Assembly (NCBI GenBank): GCA_963810095.1
Contig: CAWEMM010000012.1
Location: forward strand, 192,001 to 256,000
Direction of reading: 5' to 3'
Length of the DNA: 64,000 nucleotides
Source of the DNA: an uncultured Chloroflexia bacterium
Lineage (GTDB): Bacteria; Chloroflexota; Anaerolineae; CG2-30-64-16
In this document: positions 9,782 to 18,362 of the stretch, piece after piece
How the letters are laid out: each line of letters starts with the position of its first letter
How positions within the stretch are numbered: position 1 is the first letter of the stretch
Position numbers and translations under genes: made by a program
Notes under the pieces: generated by a model
Seen by the model: only the letters and a program-made list of their open reading frames with translations
Told to the model about the DNA's origin: nothing
Database searches by the model: none

Positions 9782-11149
9782 ATGGACGCTGGACAGGTGA
9801 TGAGTGCTCGGACCATGCCGGGGCCGACCGGATCGCGTGCAGAAGCGCTGCAGCGTTTCGGCGGGGACCCGTTAACCTATCTCCGCCAGGCGGCGACTGA
9901 CTACGGCGACTACGTGCGGGTGCCACTGGTGCTGGGGCATGCCGCCCTCGTGGTCGATCCCGAGAGCATCGAAGAGGTGCTGGTTCGCAAGAAGCGGAAT
10001 TTCATCAAGGGCCGGGCCACCAAATCGCTCGGCGCGCTGCTGGGTAACGGGCTGCTGGTGAGCGAAGGGGACTTCTGGCGGCGGCAGCGCCGGCTCGCGC
10101 AACCCGCCTTCCACAAGGACCGCATCGCCCGGTACGGAGAGCGCATGGTTGCGCTCGGTAACCGCATGGTGGACGGCTGGCACGATGGCCTCGAGATGGA
10201 TGTGCACGCCGAGATGGGGCACGTAACCCTCGCGATCGTGGCCGATGCGTTGTTTAGCGCCGACGTCTCAGCCGACGCCGGTGCCGTGGGCGAAGGGCTC
10301 GCCACCGCCCTGTGGCACTTCGAGTGGTGGTCGAACAAGGGGTTCCTCGTGCCGCTCTGGCTGCCGCTCAAGCCGAACCGCATGTACAGGGCCGCCCGGC
10401 AACGGTTGGACGTCATCGTGAACCGCCTCATCGCACAGCGGGCTGCTGCCGGCGTGCCAGGCAACGGGGAGCGCCGGGGCGACTTGCTCGACATGCTGCT
10501 GGCCGCCCGCGACGAAGATGGCTCGGCCATGAGCCCCAAGCAACTGCGCGACGAGGTGATGACGCTGCTCCTCGCGGGCCACGAGACCACTGCGAACACG
10601 CTGACCTGGACCACCATGCTGCTTGCCGAACACCCGGAGGTCGAGGCGAAGCTGGTGGCCGAGCTGGGAGAGGTCCTGGGTGGGCGACCGCCTGTCGTGG
10701 CCGACCTGCCCAACTTGAAGTACACCGAGTTGGTGATCAAGGAATCGATGCGCGTCTATCCCACGGTCTGGATGATCGGGTACCAGGCCGTAGCCGACAC
10801 GCCGGTCGGTCCGTACCTCATCAAGAAGGGTACGGCCGTTTTCATGAGCCAGTGGGTGAACCACCACGATGCGCGCTGGTTTCCCGAGCCTTACCGGTTC
10901 CTTCCAGAGCGCTGGCTGGACCCTGCCATGAAATCGCTGCCGACCTTCGCCTACTTCCCGTTCGGCGGCGGCGAGCGCCTGTGCATCGGGCGGTCGTTTG
11001 CCCTGATGGAGGCGCAGCTGCTGCTGGCCACCATGGTGCAGCGCTACCACCTGGACCTGGTGCCTAACCAGACCATCACGCTGGATCCATCGGTCACGCT
11101 GCGGCCTGGCAACGGGCTGCGAGTCGTGGCACGGGCAAGAACATCCTGA
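9782..11149 (+). CDS. Cytochrome P450
   Basis: AGHETT I-helix, KESMR (ExxR), PERW, FGGGERLCIG heme motif. Confidence 0.95.
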   Translation: MDAGQVMSARTMPGPTGSRAEALQRFGGDPLTYLRQAATDYGDYVRVPLVLGHAALVVDPESIEEVLVRKKRNFIKGRATKSLGALLGNGLLVSEGDFWRRQRRLAQPAFHKDRIARYGERMVALGNRMVDGWHDGLEMDVHAEMGHVTLAIVADALFSADVSADAGAVGEGLATALWHFEWWSNKGFLVPLWLPLKPNRMYRAARQRLDVIVNRLIAQRAAAGVPGNGERRGDLLDMLLAARDEDGSAMSPKQLRDEVMTLLLAGHETTANTLTWTTMLLAEHPEVEAKLVAELGEVLGGRPPVVADLPNLKYTELVIKESMRVYPTVWMIGYQAVADTPVGPYLIKKGTAVFMSQWVNHHDARWFPEPYRFLPERWLDPAMKSLPTFAYFPFGGGERLCIGRSFALMEAQLLLATMVQRYHLDLVPNQTITLDPSVTLRPGNGLRVVARARTS

Positions 11150-11169
11150 CGAATCCCGTCATTCAGGAG

Positions 11170-11198
11170 AGGCCGGCCGAGCAAGCGCCGGCCTTTTT
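11170..11198 (+). terminator. Rho-independent terminator
   Basis: AGGCCGGC...GCCGGCCT followed by TTTT, after the P450 gene. Confidence 0.75.
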
Positions 11199-11345
11199 GC
11201 TGCCTTGCGGCCGCGATACTCCTAGATAATAGACTAATCTTCGTATATCATCTGGAACAATTGACAACGCCCCTCCGTTCCACTCCCAGAGTCCCCGCGT
11301 ATCAAGACAGTTACAGTTCCAGAACGGGTCGAAAGGAGTTCAGAG

Positions 11346-13898
11346 ATGCGACGATTGAGTGTACTGGGTTTGCTGACGGTGGTGGTCATGTTGACAGCCA
11401 TGGCGTCGCCGGTTGCGTTCGGCCAGGCGACCACGCCGACGGCCACCGCCTCCGGCTCGGATACCGGCAGCGGCAGTTCGAGCGGTACGGGTTCGACGAC
11501 AACAGGGACGGCCACCCCGCGAGCGGTCGCCACACCGAATGCGGTGAGTGCGCCCGGCCGGACCGGGACGAGTGCCGGCTCCGGCGTGCCGAACGACACT
11601 GCGCCGGGCCGCGTCTTGCGGGAAAACGGTTCCGCCGCAGCCCCCACCATACGCCAGGCTTCCGAGTTGATCGGCGCCCGTGTCTTGAGTTCGGACGGCC
11701 GGCGAATGGGTCGGGTTGACAATTTCCTCGTCGACCCGAACAGCGGCGACGTGTCGTTCGCGTTGGTCGCCACGGGCGGCTTCCTGGGCCTCGGCGAGAA
11801 GCTGGTCGCGGTGCCGGTGACCGCCTTCCAGTACGACCTTTCGGGCGACGATTTCATGCTCGACATGACCGCCCGGACGTTCGAGCTTGCGCCAAGCATG
11901 GCCCGCTACAGCACGTTCAGCGCCAGCGACTTCAGCGCCAGCAGCGACATGCAGACCTTCTGGTCCGGCTATATGGGCGGTGCTTCCGATGGCTCAGGCA
12001 CGGGCTCCGGCGCAACTGGGAGCGGAACAGGCACGGGCTCGACCGGCAGCGGAACGGGCACGGGGACCGGCTCGAGCGGCTCAGGCACGGGAACGAGCAC
12101 GCCAACTGCAGGCGCCGGCTCGACCGGGACCGGCACGGGAGGTTCTTCCAATGACACGCTCAGTACGGCCACGCCGGTCGCTACGTCGGCAGCCGGACTC
12201 GCCGGCACCGCGACGCCGTCGCCGACGTCCGCATCCTCTAGCTCCAGCGGCTCCTCCGGCACGACGGGCACAGGCTCATCTGGCTCGGGTACGGGCACGG
12301 GGTCTGGCAGCTCGTCCACGGGGAGCAGCGCGGGCATCGGCTCGTCTGACACGATCACCGGTACCTCCGGGCCCGCCGCCACGGGCGCCCTGACCGGCAC
12401 GATCGGTTCGGGTCTGGGTACGACCGGGACAATGACCGGCACGACAGGCAGCGAGACGGAGACGACCGGCGCCGGTCTTGCCACGGCAGGCCTCATCCAG
12501 GTGGGCAGCACCTCGAACGCGACGCCCTTCATGAGCAAGGCAAGCCTGGTTCGCATCACCGAGCTCGGCGCGTACACGATGGTTTCCTGCACCACCTCCG
12601 GCACGGGCGCCGGGACCTCCGGGAGCGGAACGGCTTCCGGCACGCCCACGGCCACAGGCTCTACCGGCTCGGGCAACACCTCGACCGGCACGGCGACGCC
12701 CCAGGCCGGGGGGACCAGCAGCGGCATGGCGACAAGCACGCCCATGTCCAACGGCTCGGGAAACACCTCGACGGGCACGGCGACGCCCGAGGCAGCGGGG
12801 ACCGGGAGCAGCACGGCGACAAGCACGCCCATGTCCGGCGGCTCCACCGGCTCCGGCTCAGGGACGGGAACCTCCGGCAGTGACGTGAGCAGCACCGGCA
12901 CGATGACCGGCACGACGAGCAGCGGTTTGGACGGCAAGAGCGCTTCGGCTAAGCCGCTTGGTACGGTCGAAGACGTCCTGATCGACCTCCGATCGGCGAA
13001 GATGCTCTATGCCGTCATCAACGTCGACGGCAGTGGTTTGAGCTTCGGCGGGGGCAGCACCGGCTCGGCCGGTACCGGCACGACCGGCAGCGGCACGGGG
13101 ACGGCGACGAGCACGCCTGCGGCCAGCACGGGCACGTCTGGCACGGGCTCGACTGGCAGCAGCACGGGGACGGCGACGAGCACGCCTGCGGCCAGCACGG
13201 GCACGTCTGGCACGGGCTCGACTGGCAGCAGCACGGGGACGGCGACGAGCACGCCCGCGGCCAGCACGGGCACGTCTGGCACAGGCTCGACTGGCAGCAG
13301 CACGGGGACGGCGACGAGCACGCCTGCGGCCAGCACCGGTTCGACCGGCAGCAGCTCCGGGACGGCGACGAGCACGCCTACGGCGGGCACGGGCACGGCG
13401 GGCACGGGCACGTCTGGCACGGGCTCGAGCACGGCGACGAGCACGCCTGCGGCCAGCACCGGCGCGTCTGGCACAGGCTCGACGGACAGCAGCACTAGCA
13501 CGTCAGGCACAGGCGAGCTGGGCCGATTCGTCGTGGTGCCGTGGCGGGCGCTGACGGCCGACGCGACGGGCACAGTCTTCTGCTTCAGCCTGCCCGCAAC
13601 GGAGCTCGAGCAGGCGCCTTCGACGACCGGCTTTGAAGTTCCCGACACGGCGTCGATCGGGTGGGACACGGACATCAGCAGCTTCTGGAATGAACTGCTG
13701 GGCGCCTCGAGCGGAAGCGACACGAGCGGCACCGGCACGTCTGGTTCCGGTTCGGGCACCCTAGACTCGGGCGCCTCGGGCGGTGGCACAGGGGCCGGAT
13801 CGACGGGTTCCGGATCGACAGGATCGGGTACGGGCACGAGTGGCTCGGGCTCGACCGGTACGCCGACCCCGTTCCCAACCGCGACGAGCGGGGGCTGA
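11346..13898 (+). CDS. Secreted PRC-barrel domain protein with extensive Gly/Ser/Thr-rich low-complexity regions
   Basis: RBS AAGGAG, signal peptide, ASELIGARV...G.V..FLVD...GGFLGLGEKLVAVP PRC motif; second, interrupted PRC barrel. Confidence 0.8.
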   Translation: MRRLSVLGLLTVVVMLTAMASPVAFGQATTPTATASGSDTGSGSSSGTGSTTTGTATPRAVATPNAVSAPGRTGTSAGSGVPNDTAPGRVLRENGSAAAPTIRQASELIGARVLSSDGRRMGRVDNFLVDPNSGDVSFALVATGGFLGLGEKLVAVPVTAFQYDLSGDDFMLDMTARTFELAPSMARYSTFSASDFSASSDMQTFWSGYMGGASDGSGTGSGATGSGTGTGSTGSGTGTGTGSSGSGTGTSTPTAGAGSTGTGTGGSSNDTLSTATPVATSAAGLAGTATPSPTSASSSSSGSSGTTGTGSSGSGTGTGSGSSSTGSSAGIGSSDTITGTSGPAATGALTGTIGSGLGTTGTMTGTTGSETETTGAGLATAGLIQVGSTSNATPFMSKASLVRITELGAYTMVSCTTSGTGAGTSGSGTASGTPTATGSTGSGNTSTGTATPQAGGTSSGMATSTPMSNGSGNTSTGTATPEAAGTGSSTATSTPMSGGSTGSGSGTGTSGSDVSSTGTMTGTTSSGLDGKSASAKPLGTVEDVLIDLRSAKMLYAVINVDGSGLSFGGGSTGSAGTGTTGSGTGTATSTPAASTGTSGTGSTGSSTGTATSTPAASTGTSGTGSTGSSTGTATSTPAASTGTSGTGSTGSSTGTATSTPAASTGSTGSSSGTATSTPTAGTGTAGTGTSGTGSSTATSTPAASTGASGTGSTDSSTSTSGTGELGRFVVVPWRALTADATGTVFCFSLPATELEQAPSTTGFEVPDTASIGWDTDISSFWNELLGASSGSDTSGTGTSGSGSGTLDSGASGGGTGAGSTGSGSTGSGTGTSGSGSTGTPTPFPTATSGG
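13095..13340 (+). repeat. 69-bp in-frame tandem repeat (TGTATSTPAASTGTSGTGSTGSS), ~3.5 copies
   Basis: Near-identical units start at 13095, 13164, 13233 and 13302. Confidence 0.9.
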
Positions 13899-13946
13899 CC
13901 GCGGCCGGGCGGCTACTACCGTCCGGATAAATGCTAACCGGGTTTC

Positions 13947-13978
13947 AAGAGGGGGGCTGGTCACAGCCTCCCTCTTCT
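13947..13978 (+). terminator. Probable terminator hairpin
   Basis: AAGAGGGGGGCTG/CAGCCTCCCTCTT stem after the PRC gene. Confidence 0.5.
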
Positions 13979-14071
13979 CATCCGGGGTCAAGCCGGCATC
14001 CAGTCCCCGTGCATGGAACAGGGCGCGTGATGTGCTAGAATGACGGCCACAGACAAGACCGGAAGGCAGAG

Positions 14072-15064
14072 ATGCAGCGTAATCAAATGGAGAGGGCGCG
14101 CCGGGCCGAGAGCCCTCCACCGGCATGTCTCCTGGTCAGCATGGCGGGGCGGTCGGGCGTGCGCGAAGGTGCGGCCCGGCTGGCCGAAGGCGGCGCGGCA
14201 CTCGACGCGATCGAGGCGGCCATCCGCCTTGTCGAGACTGATCCTGCCGAGCGCAGCGTTGGCACGGGCGGCGCCCCTAACATCCTGGGAGGGATGGAGC
14301 TGGACGCGTCGATTATGGACGGGCGGACGCTGAAGGCCGGTGCGGTGGGCAACCTGCAGGGCTTCATTCATCCGATTTGCGTGGCCCGCCAGGTGCTGGA
14401 GCGACTGCCCCACACCTTCCTGGTGGGCCAGGGCGCGGCGCGGTTCGCCCGGGAGGTCGGGGCAGAGCCCGGCGCAAGCCTGACCGCGGAGAGCGAAGCC
14501 GCCTGGCGCCGCTGGCTCGACGAAAATGTGCCGGCGGGCGTGCGGCAGCAGCTGGCGGACGAATCTGGCGAAGAGACTCCGCTGGCCGAGTGGGTGTGGC
14601 GCACAGTGCGCCGGCCCGAGCAAACCCATGGGACGGTGGTGGTGCTCGCCGCCGACGCCGGGGGCAACCTGGCCGGCGGGGTGAGCACGAGCGGCTGGGA
14701 CTACAAGTACCCGGGCCGCATCGGCGACTCGCCCGTCATCGGCGCAGGGCTCTACGTGGACAACCGGTACGGAGCTGTGGGCTGCGTGGGGCACGGCGAG
14801 CTGGCGGTCCGGGCCGGCGCGGCTCGCTCGGTTGTGCTCTACATGAAGTTGGGCGCGAGCGTGCAGGAAGCGGTCCACGAGGCTGCGGACGACCTCCGTT
14901 ACCTGCAGCGCGACTTCGCCGCCTCTTTCGCCATCCATGCGATCGACCGGGACCGGCAACCCTACGTGCTCATGCTCGGCGACGAACCCGGCATGCGCAC
15001 TTTCTTCTTCTGGACGCCCGGCAGTGAGCCGGCCGAGCGGGATGTGGTCCGAGCCGAGTGGTAG
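14072..15064 (+). CDS. Isoaspartyl peptidase / N(4)-(beta-N-acetylglucosaminyl)-L-asparaginase (Ntn hydrolase); start uncertain
   Basis: SVGTGG.PN..G.MELDASIMDG, HGTV (nucleophile Thr), STSG...K.PGRIGDSP..GAG. Confidence 0.9.
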   Translation: MQRNQMERARRAESPPPACLLVSMAGRSGVREGAARLAEGGAALDAIEAAIRLVETDPAERSVGTGGAPNILGGMELDASIMDGRTLKAGAVGNLQGFIHPICVARQVLERLPHTFLVGQGAARFAREVGAEPGASLTAESEAAWRRWLDENVPAGVRQQLADESGEETPLAEWVWRTVRRPEQTHGTVVVLAADAGGNLAGGVSTSGWDYKYPGRIGDSPVIGAGLYVDNRYGAVGCVGHGELAVRAGAARSVVLYMKLGASVQEAVHEAADDLRYLQRDFAASFAIHAIDRDRQPYVLMLGDEPGMRTFFFWTPGSEPAERDVVRAEW

Positions 15065-15085
15065 GGGGAACGGGAATGCTGTCTC

Positions 15086-15224
15086 TACCACAAAGGACCA
15101 AGACACAAGGGTGCCCTCAGCACTCATCTGAAAGGTTCTGGCCGGTCTCCGTCCGCAGACGGGTTGATCGTGCCCCGGCGAGCGCAGCCAGGTCGTTCCT
15201 GGTGTCTTCGTGACTTTGTGGTGA
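15086..15224. repeat. Family A element copy 2, with nested REP-like insert
   Basis: TACCACAAAGGACCAAGACACAAGG ... CCTGGTGTCTTCGTGACTTTGTGGTGA. Confidence 0.7.
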
Positions 15225-15264
15225 GGTCCTAGCTTTGGTGCAGGGATCGACAGGAGGTGGATAC

Positions 15265-17016
15265 GTGGCGCGACCCCTAAACGACTCGATCTATCTCTAC
15301 GGCTTCCACGACCCGGGCGGGGAGCAGATCATGCTCGACGTCGGAATAACGGGTTGGCTCACCATCACTGAGGACATCGGCCACGATCCCAACGACCGCT
15401 CGGGCCGCGATTATCGAGCGTGGACCGACCGGGGCCTGGGCGTGATCGTGCGCCTCAACAACGGGTACAACCCAGCCGGCACCCTGCCCTTCGAGCGCTA
15501 TTACCCCGACTTTGCCCGGCGCTGCGCAAACTTCGTCGCCGCCTCTCAGGGCGCGCACCTGTGGATCATCGGCAACGAACCGAACCACCCAATCGAGTGG
15601 CCCGGCGCACAGTGGAACTGGGGACCGGGCTGGCCCGCGCCGGTCAGCCCCGATACGCGGGGCGAAGAGATTACTCCGACCCGCTACGCATCCTGCTTCA
15701 GGCAGTGCCGGGCGGCGATCAAGGCGATGAGCGGGCACGGGCAAGACCAGGTGCTGACCGCTCCCGCGGCGCCCTGGAACATCCTCCTGACCTACCCCAC
15801 CAACCCCGACGGGAACTGGATCACCTACTTTGCCGACATCCTCAGGCTGGTGGGGCCGGGCAACCTCGACGGCATCGTCGTCCACACATACACCCATGGC
15901 TCCGCGCCTTCGCTCATCGTCTCAGAGGAGAAGCTGAACGACCCCCGCTTCTCTAGCCTGCACTGGCAGTTTCGCGCATACCAGGACTTTATGAACGCCG
16001 TCCCTGCGGCCATGCGCGCGCTGCCCGTGTATATCACCGAGACGAACCAGGGCGACGAGCCGTGGCTGAACGCGAACAACGGCTGGGTGCGAGCCGCGTA
16101 TGCGGAGATCGACCGGTGGAACAGGTCGGGCAAGCAGGTCATCCGCTCGCTGTTGTTGTATCGCTGGCCCCAGGTGCCGGGCGACCGCTGGGGCATCGAG
16201 GGCAAGGCCGGCGTGATTGAGGACTTCAAGCAGGCACTCGGCCCTCGCTACCAGTGGGCGGCTTACGCTGGGGCTGAAGACCCGCTGGCCGCGCTCGGCC
16301 GCCGTGTCACGGCCCTCGAGCAGGCGGCGGCCGGTCTGAAGCCGCAAATCGACGGCGTGAAGAAGCTGGCGGCCGAGGCGTTGGCGCTCCGCAAGGAGGG
16401 CGAGGCCCTGGCGGGCCAGGCCGCGGCGGCAAAGACCGCCGAACTGCGCGGCCAGTTCGACGCGCTGGCGACCCAGATCAAGGCGCTCGAGGATGCGCTC
16501 AAACCCGCGCCGAGCGGGCCCAAGATCGTCGACAAGACCGGCAAGCTGGCGCACGGTCCGACGCCCTACCCCACCCGCGACCTGAGCGCAACCAAGCGGG
16601 TGGTCTTGCACCACACCGTGACGCCCGACAACATCACCCCCGAGCGCCTCGCGCAGGCCGCAGTGCAGCGCGGGCTGCCGGGCATAACCTATCACTACCT
16701 CATCACGGGCGATGGGACCATCTATGCCACTCAGCCGCTCGACGCCCGTATCAGCCAGACGAACCGCCAGAACGTCAACGCGGACGGCATTGGGATAGCG
16801 CTGGCCGGTAACTTCACGAACACGGTGCCCACTGAAGCCCAGATGCAGAGCGCCGCCGCACTGACCCGCAGTCTGCTCGACCGCTTCAACCTGCCCGTTT
16901 CGTCGGTGGTCGGCGCCCGCGAGGTCGCACAGACGGCCTCGCCCGGTAACCAGTGGCTGTCGGGCGCGAAGTACAAGAACGACTTGGTCGCCCGGATTAA
17001 TGCGCTGGGCAAGTGA
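15265..17016 (+). CDS. GH-A-like TIM barrel + coiled coil + degenerate Amidase_2 (PGRP-like) domain protein
   Basis: RBS AGGAGG then GTG; IIGNEPN, HTY and YITETN; C-terminal VLHHT, YHY, GIALAGNF, GAREV...SPG (Zn ligands altered). Confidence 0.75.
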   Translation: MARPLNDSIYLYGFHDPGGEQIMLDVGITGWLTITEDIGHDPNDRSGRDYRAWTDRGLGVIVRLNNGYNPAGTLPFERYYPDFARRCANFVAASQGAHLWIIGNEPNHPIEWPGAQWNWGPGWPAPVSPDTRGEEITPTRYASCFRQCRAAIKAMSGHGQDQVLTAPAAPWNILLTYPTNPDGNWITYFADILRLVGPGNLDGIVVHTYTHGSAPSLIVSEEKLNDPRFSSLHWQFRAYQDFMNAVPAAMRALPVYITETNQGDEPWLNANNGWVRAAYAEIDRWNRSGKQVIRSLLLYRWPQVPGDRWGIEGKAGVIEDFKQALGPRYQWAAYAGAEDPLAALGRRVTALEQAAAGLKPQIDGVKKLAAEALALRKEGEALAGQAAAAKTAELRGQFDALATQIKALEDALKPAPSGPKIVDKTGKLAHGPTPYPTRDLSATKRVVLHHTVTPDNITPERLAQAAVQRGLPGITYHYLITGDGTIYATQPLDARISQTNRQNVNADGIGIALAGNFTNTVPTEAQMQSAAALTRSLLDRFNLPVSSVVGAREVAQTASPGNQWLSGAKYKNDLVARINALGK

Positions 17017-17020
17017 GACC

Positions 17021-17097
17021 TACAGGAAGAACCGAAGACACAAAGTTGCACAAAGAGAAGCTTAGCGAGACTTCGTGTCTTTGATCCTTCCTGTGAA
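17021..17097. repeat. Family A element copy 3
   Basis: ACAGGAAGAACCGAAGACACAAAG ... CTTCGTGTCTTTGATCCTTCCTGTG. Confidence 0.75.
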
Positions 17098-17213
17098 AGT
17101 CCTGCACCGGCGTGCACGCACCTGAGGAGGCGGGGATATGGATTCTGGCACAGCCGAAGCTGAGGAAATAGAGCGCTTGCGGGCCCTGCTGGCCGGCGCG
17201 ACGACCGGACAGC

Positions 17214-18362
17214 GTGCCGAGGCCGGAGATCGTCGACAAGGTTGACCGGCTGGCGCGCCACCCCACGCTGCCGCCCTACAGCCCGCGCACCCGGCCCATC
17301 TCGATGATCGTCGTGCACCACACGGACACGCCGAAGACGACGACCGTCGAAAAGATCGCCGAATATCACGTCTTCGGCGAGCGCAAGGACGCGAAGGGTA
17401 ACGTGCTCAAGGCGCAGTGGCCGGGCATCGGCTACCACTTCGTGATCGGCGCGGACGGCGTCATCACGCAGGGCCAGCGCGAGGCGACTCGCTCCTATCA
17501 CGTGGGCGGCGACCCGAACGACTACAGCGTCGCGATCAGCTTGATCGGCCGGTTCATGCGCAAGAACTACGACGGCACGGACAGGGCGCCCGAGGACCAG
17601 GTGCCGACCCCCGCGCAGCTCAAGAGCGCGGGGCTGCTGGCGGCCTGGTTGATGCAGGAGTACGGCATCCGGCTCGACCAGGTTAAGGGTCACCGGGACG
17701 TGTGGCCCAAGTCGACCGTCTGCCCGGGCGAGCACTGGAAGACGGGGCTGAACTGGTACTCGACGCTGGTGCAGGAGATCGCGGCGGCGCAAGGTGTCGC
17801 GGGCAGCGGACCGGGGTCTCAGAGGATGCCGCTCTACCTGCTCTTCTGGGACCACGCGCCACAAACCGGTGGCGCTGCCTGGGCCGAGGGCGACTGGCGC
17901 AGCAGCCAGGCCTATATCGCCCGCTTCCGCCCGACCGCCGGCTTCTCCATCGACGACGCGCTGCTCGCCCGGCGGGTCGTCATCGTGGGCGGGCCGCTGG
18001 GCGTGTCGGCGCAGGACGAGGCCCGGCTCAAGACGGCCGGGGTGGAGGTGTACCGGCTGGCCGGCAAGGACGAGGCCGACACGAAGCGCATGCTGGACGA
18101 GTTGGCGCATCAGGGGACCCCGTGGCCCGGTGCGTCGCCGGTGGGACCGGTGCCCCGGGAACTGGGACAAGCAGAGGCTGCCGCGGACGAAGCGATTTTC
18201 CCTGACGAATGGACCATGCCCGACGACTGGACGGGACCGGAAGGGGCCGCCGCCCGGGACCGGGATGCGGCCGCGGCCCAGCCTCCGCCGATCCCCAAGG
18301 TCTTCGTCTCGCCGCCGGGCCAGGAACGACCGGTAACGGACGCCGGAGGCAGCCATGAATAA
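17214..18362 (+). CDS. N-acetylmuramoyl-L-alanine amidase (Amidase_2) with CW_binding_2-like C-terminal module
   Basis: VVHHT, WPGIGYHF, YHV, GHRD...CPG (intact His/His/Cys); VVIVGG...V...RLAGKD..DT. Confidence 0.85.
   Translation: MPRPEIVDKVDRLARHPTLPPYSPRTRPISMIVVHHTDTPKTTTVEKIAEYHVFGERKDAKGNVLKAQWPGIGYHFVIGADGVITQGQREATRSYHVGGDPNDYSVAISLIGRFMRKNYDGTDRAPEDQVPTPAQLKSAGLLAAWLMQEYGIRLDQVKGHRDVWPKSTVCPGEHWKTGLNWYSTLVQEIAAAQGVAGSGPGSQRMPLYLLFWDHAPQTGGAAWAEGDWRSSQAYIARFRPTAGFSIDDALLARRVVIVGGPLGVSAQDEARLKTAGVEVYRLAGKDEADTKRMLDELAHQGTPWPGASPVGPVPRELGQAEAAADEAIFPDEWTMPDDWTGPEGAAARDRDAAAAQPPPIPKVFVSPPGQERPVTDAGGSHE

Noticed and set aside
13095-13340. Tandem repeats as a CRISPR array
   Set aside because: No unique spacers, in-frame inside a CDS, and no cas genes.
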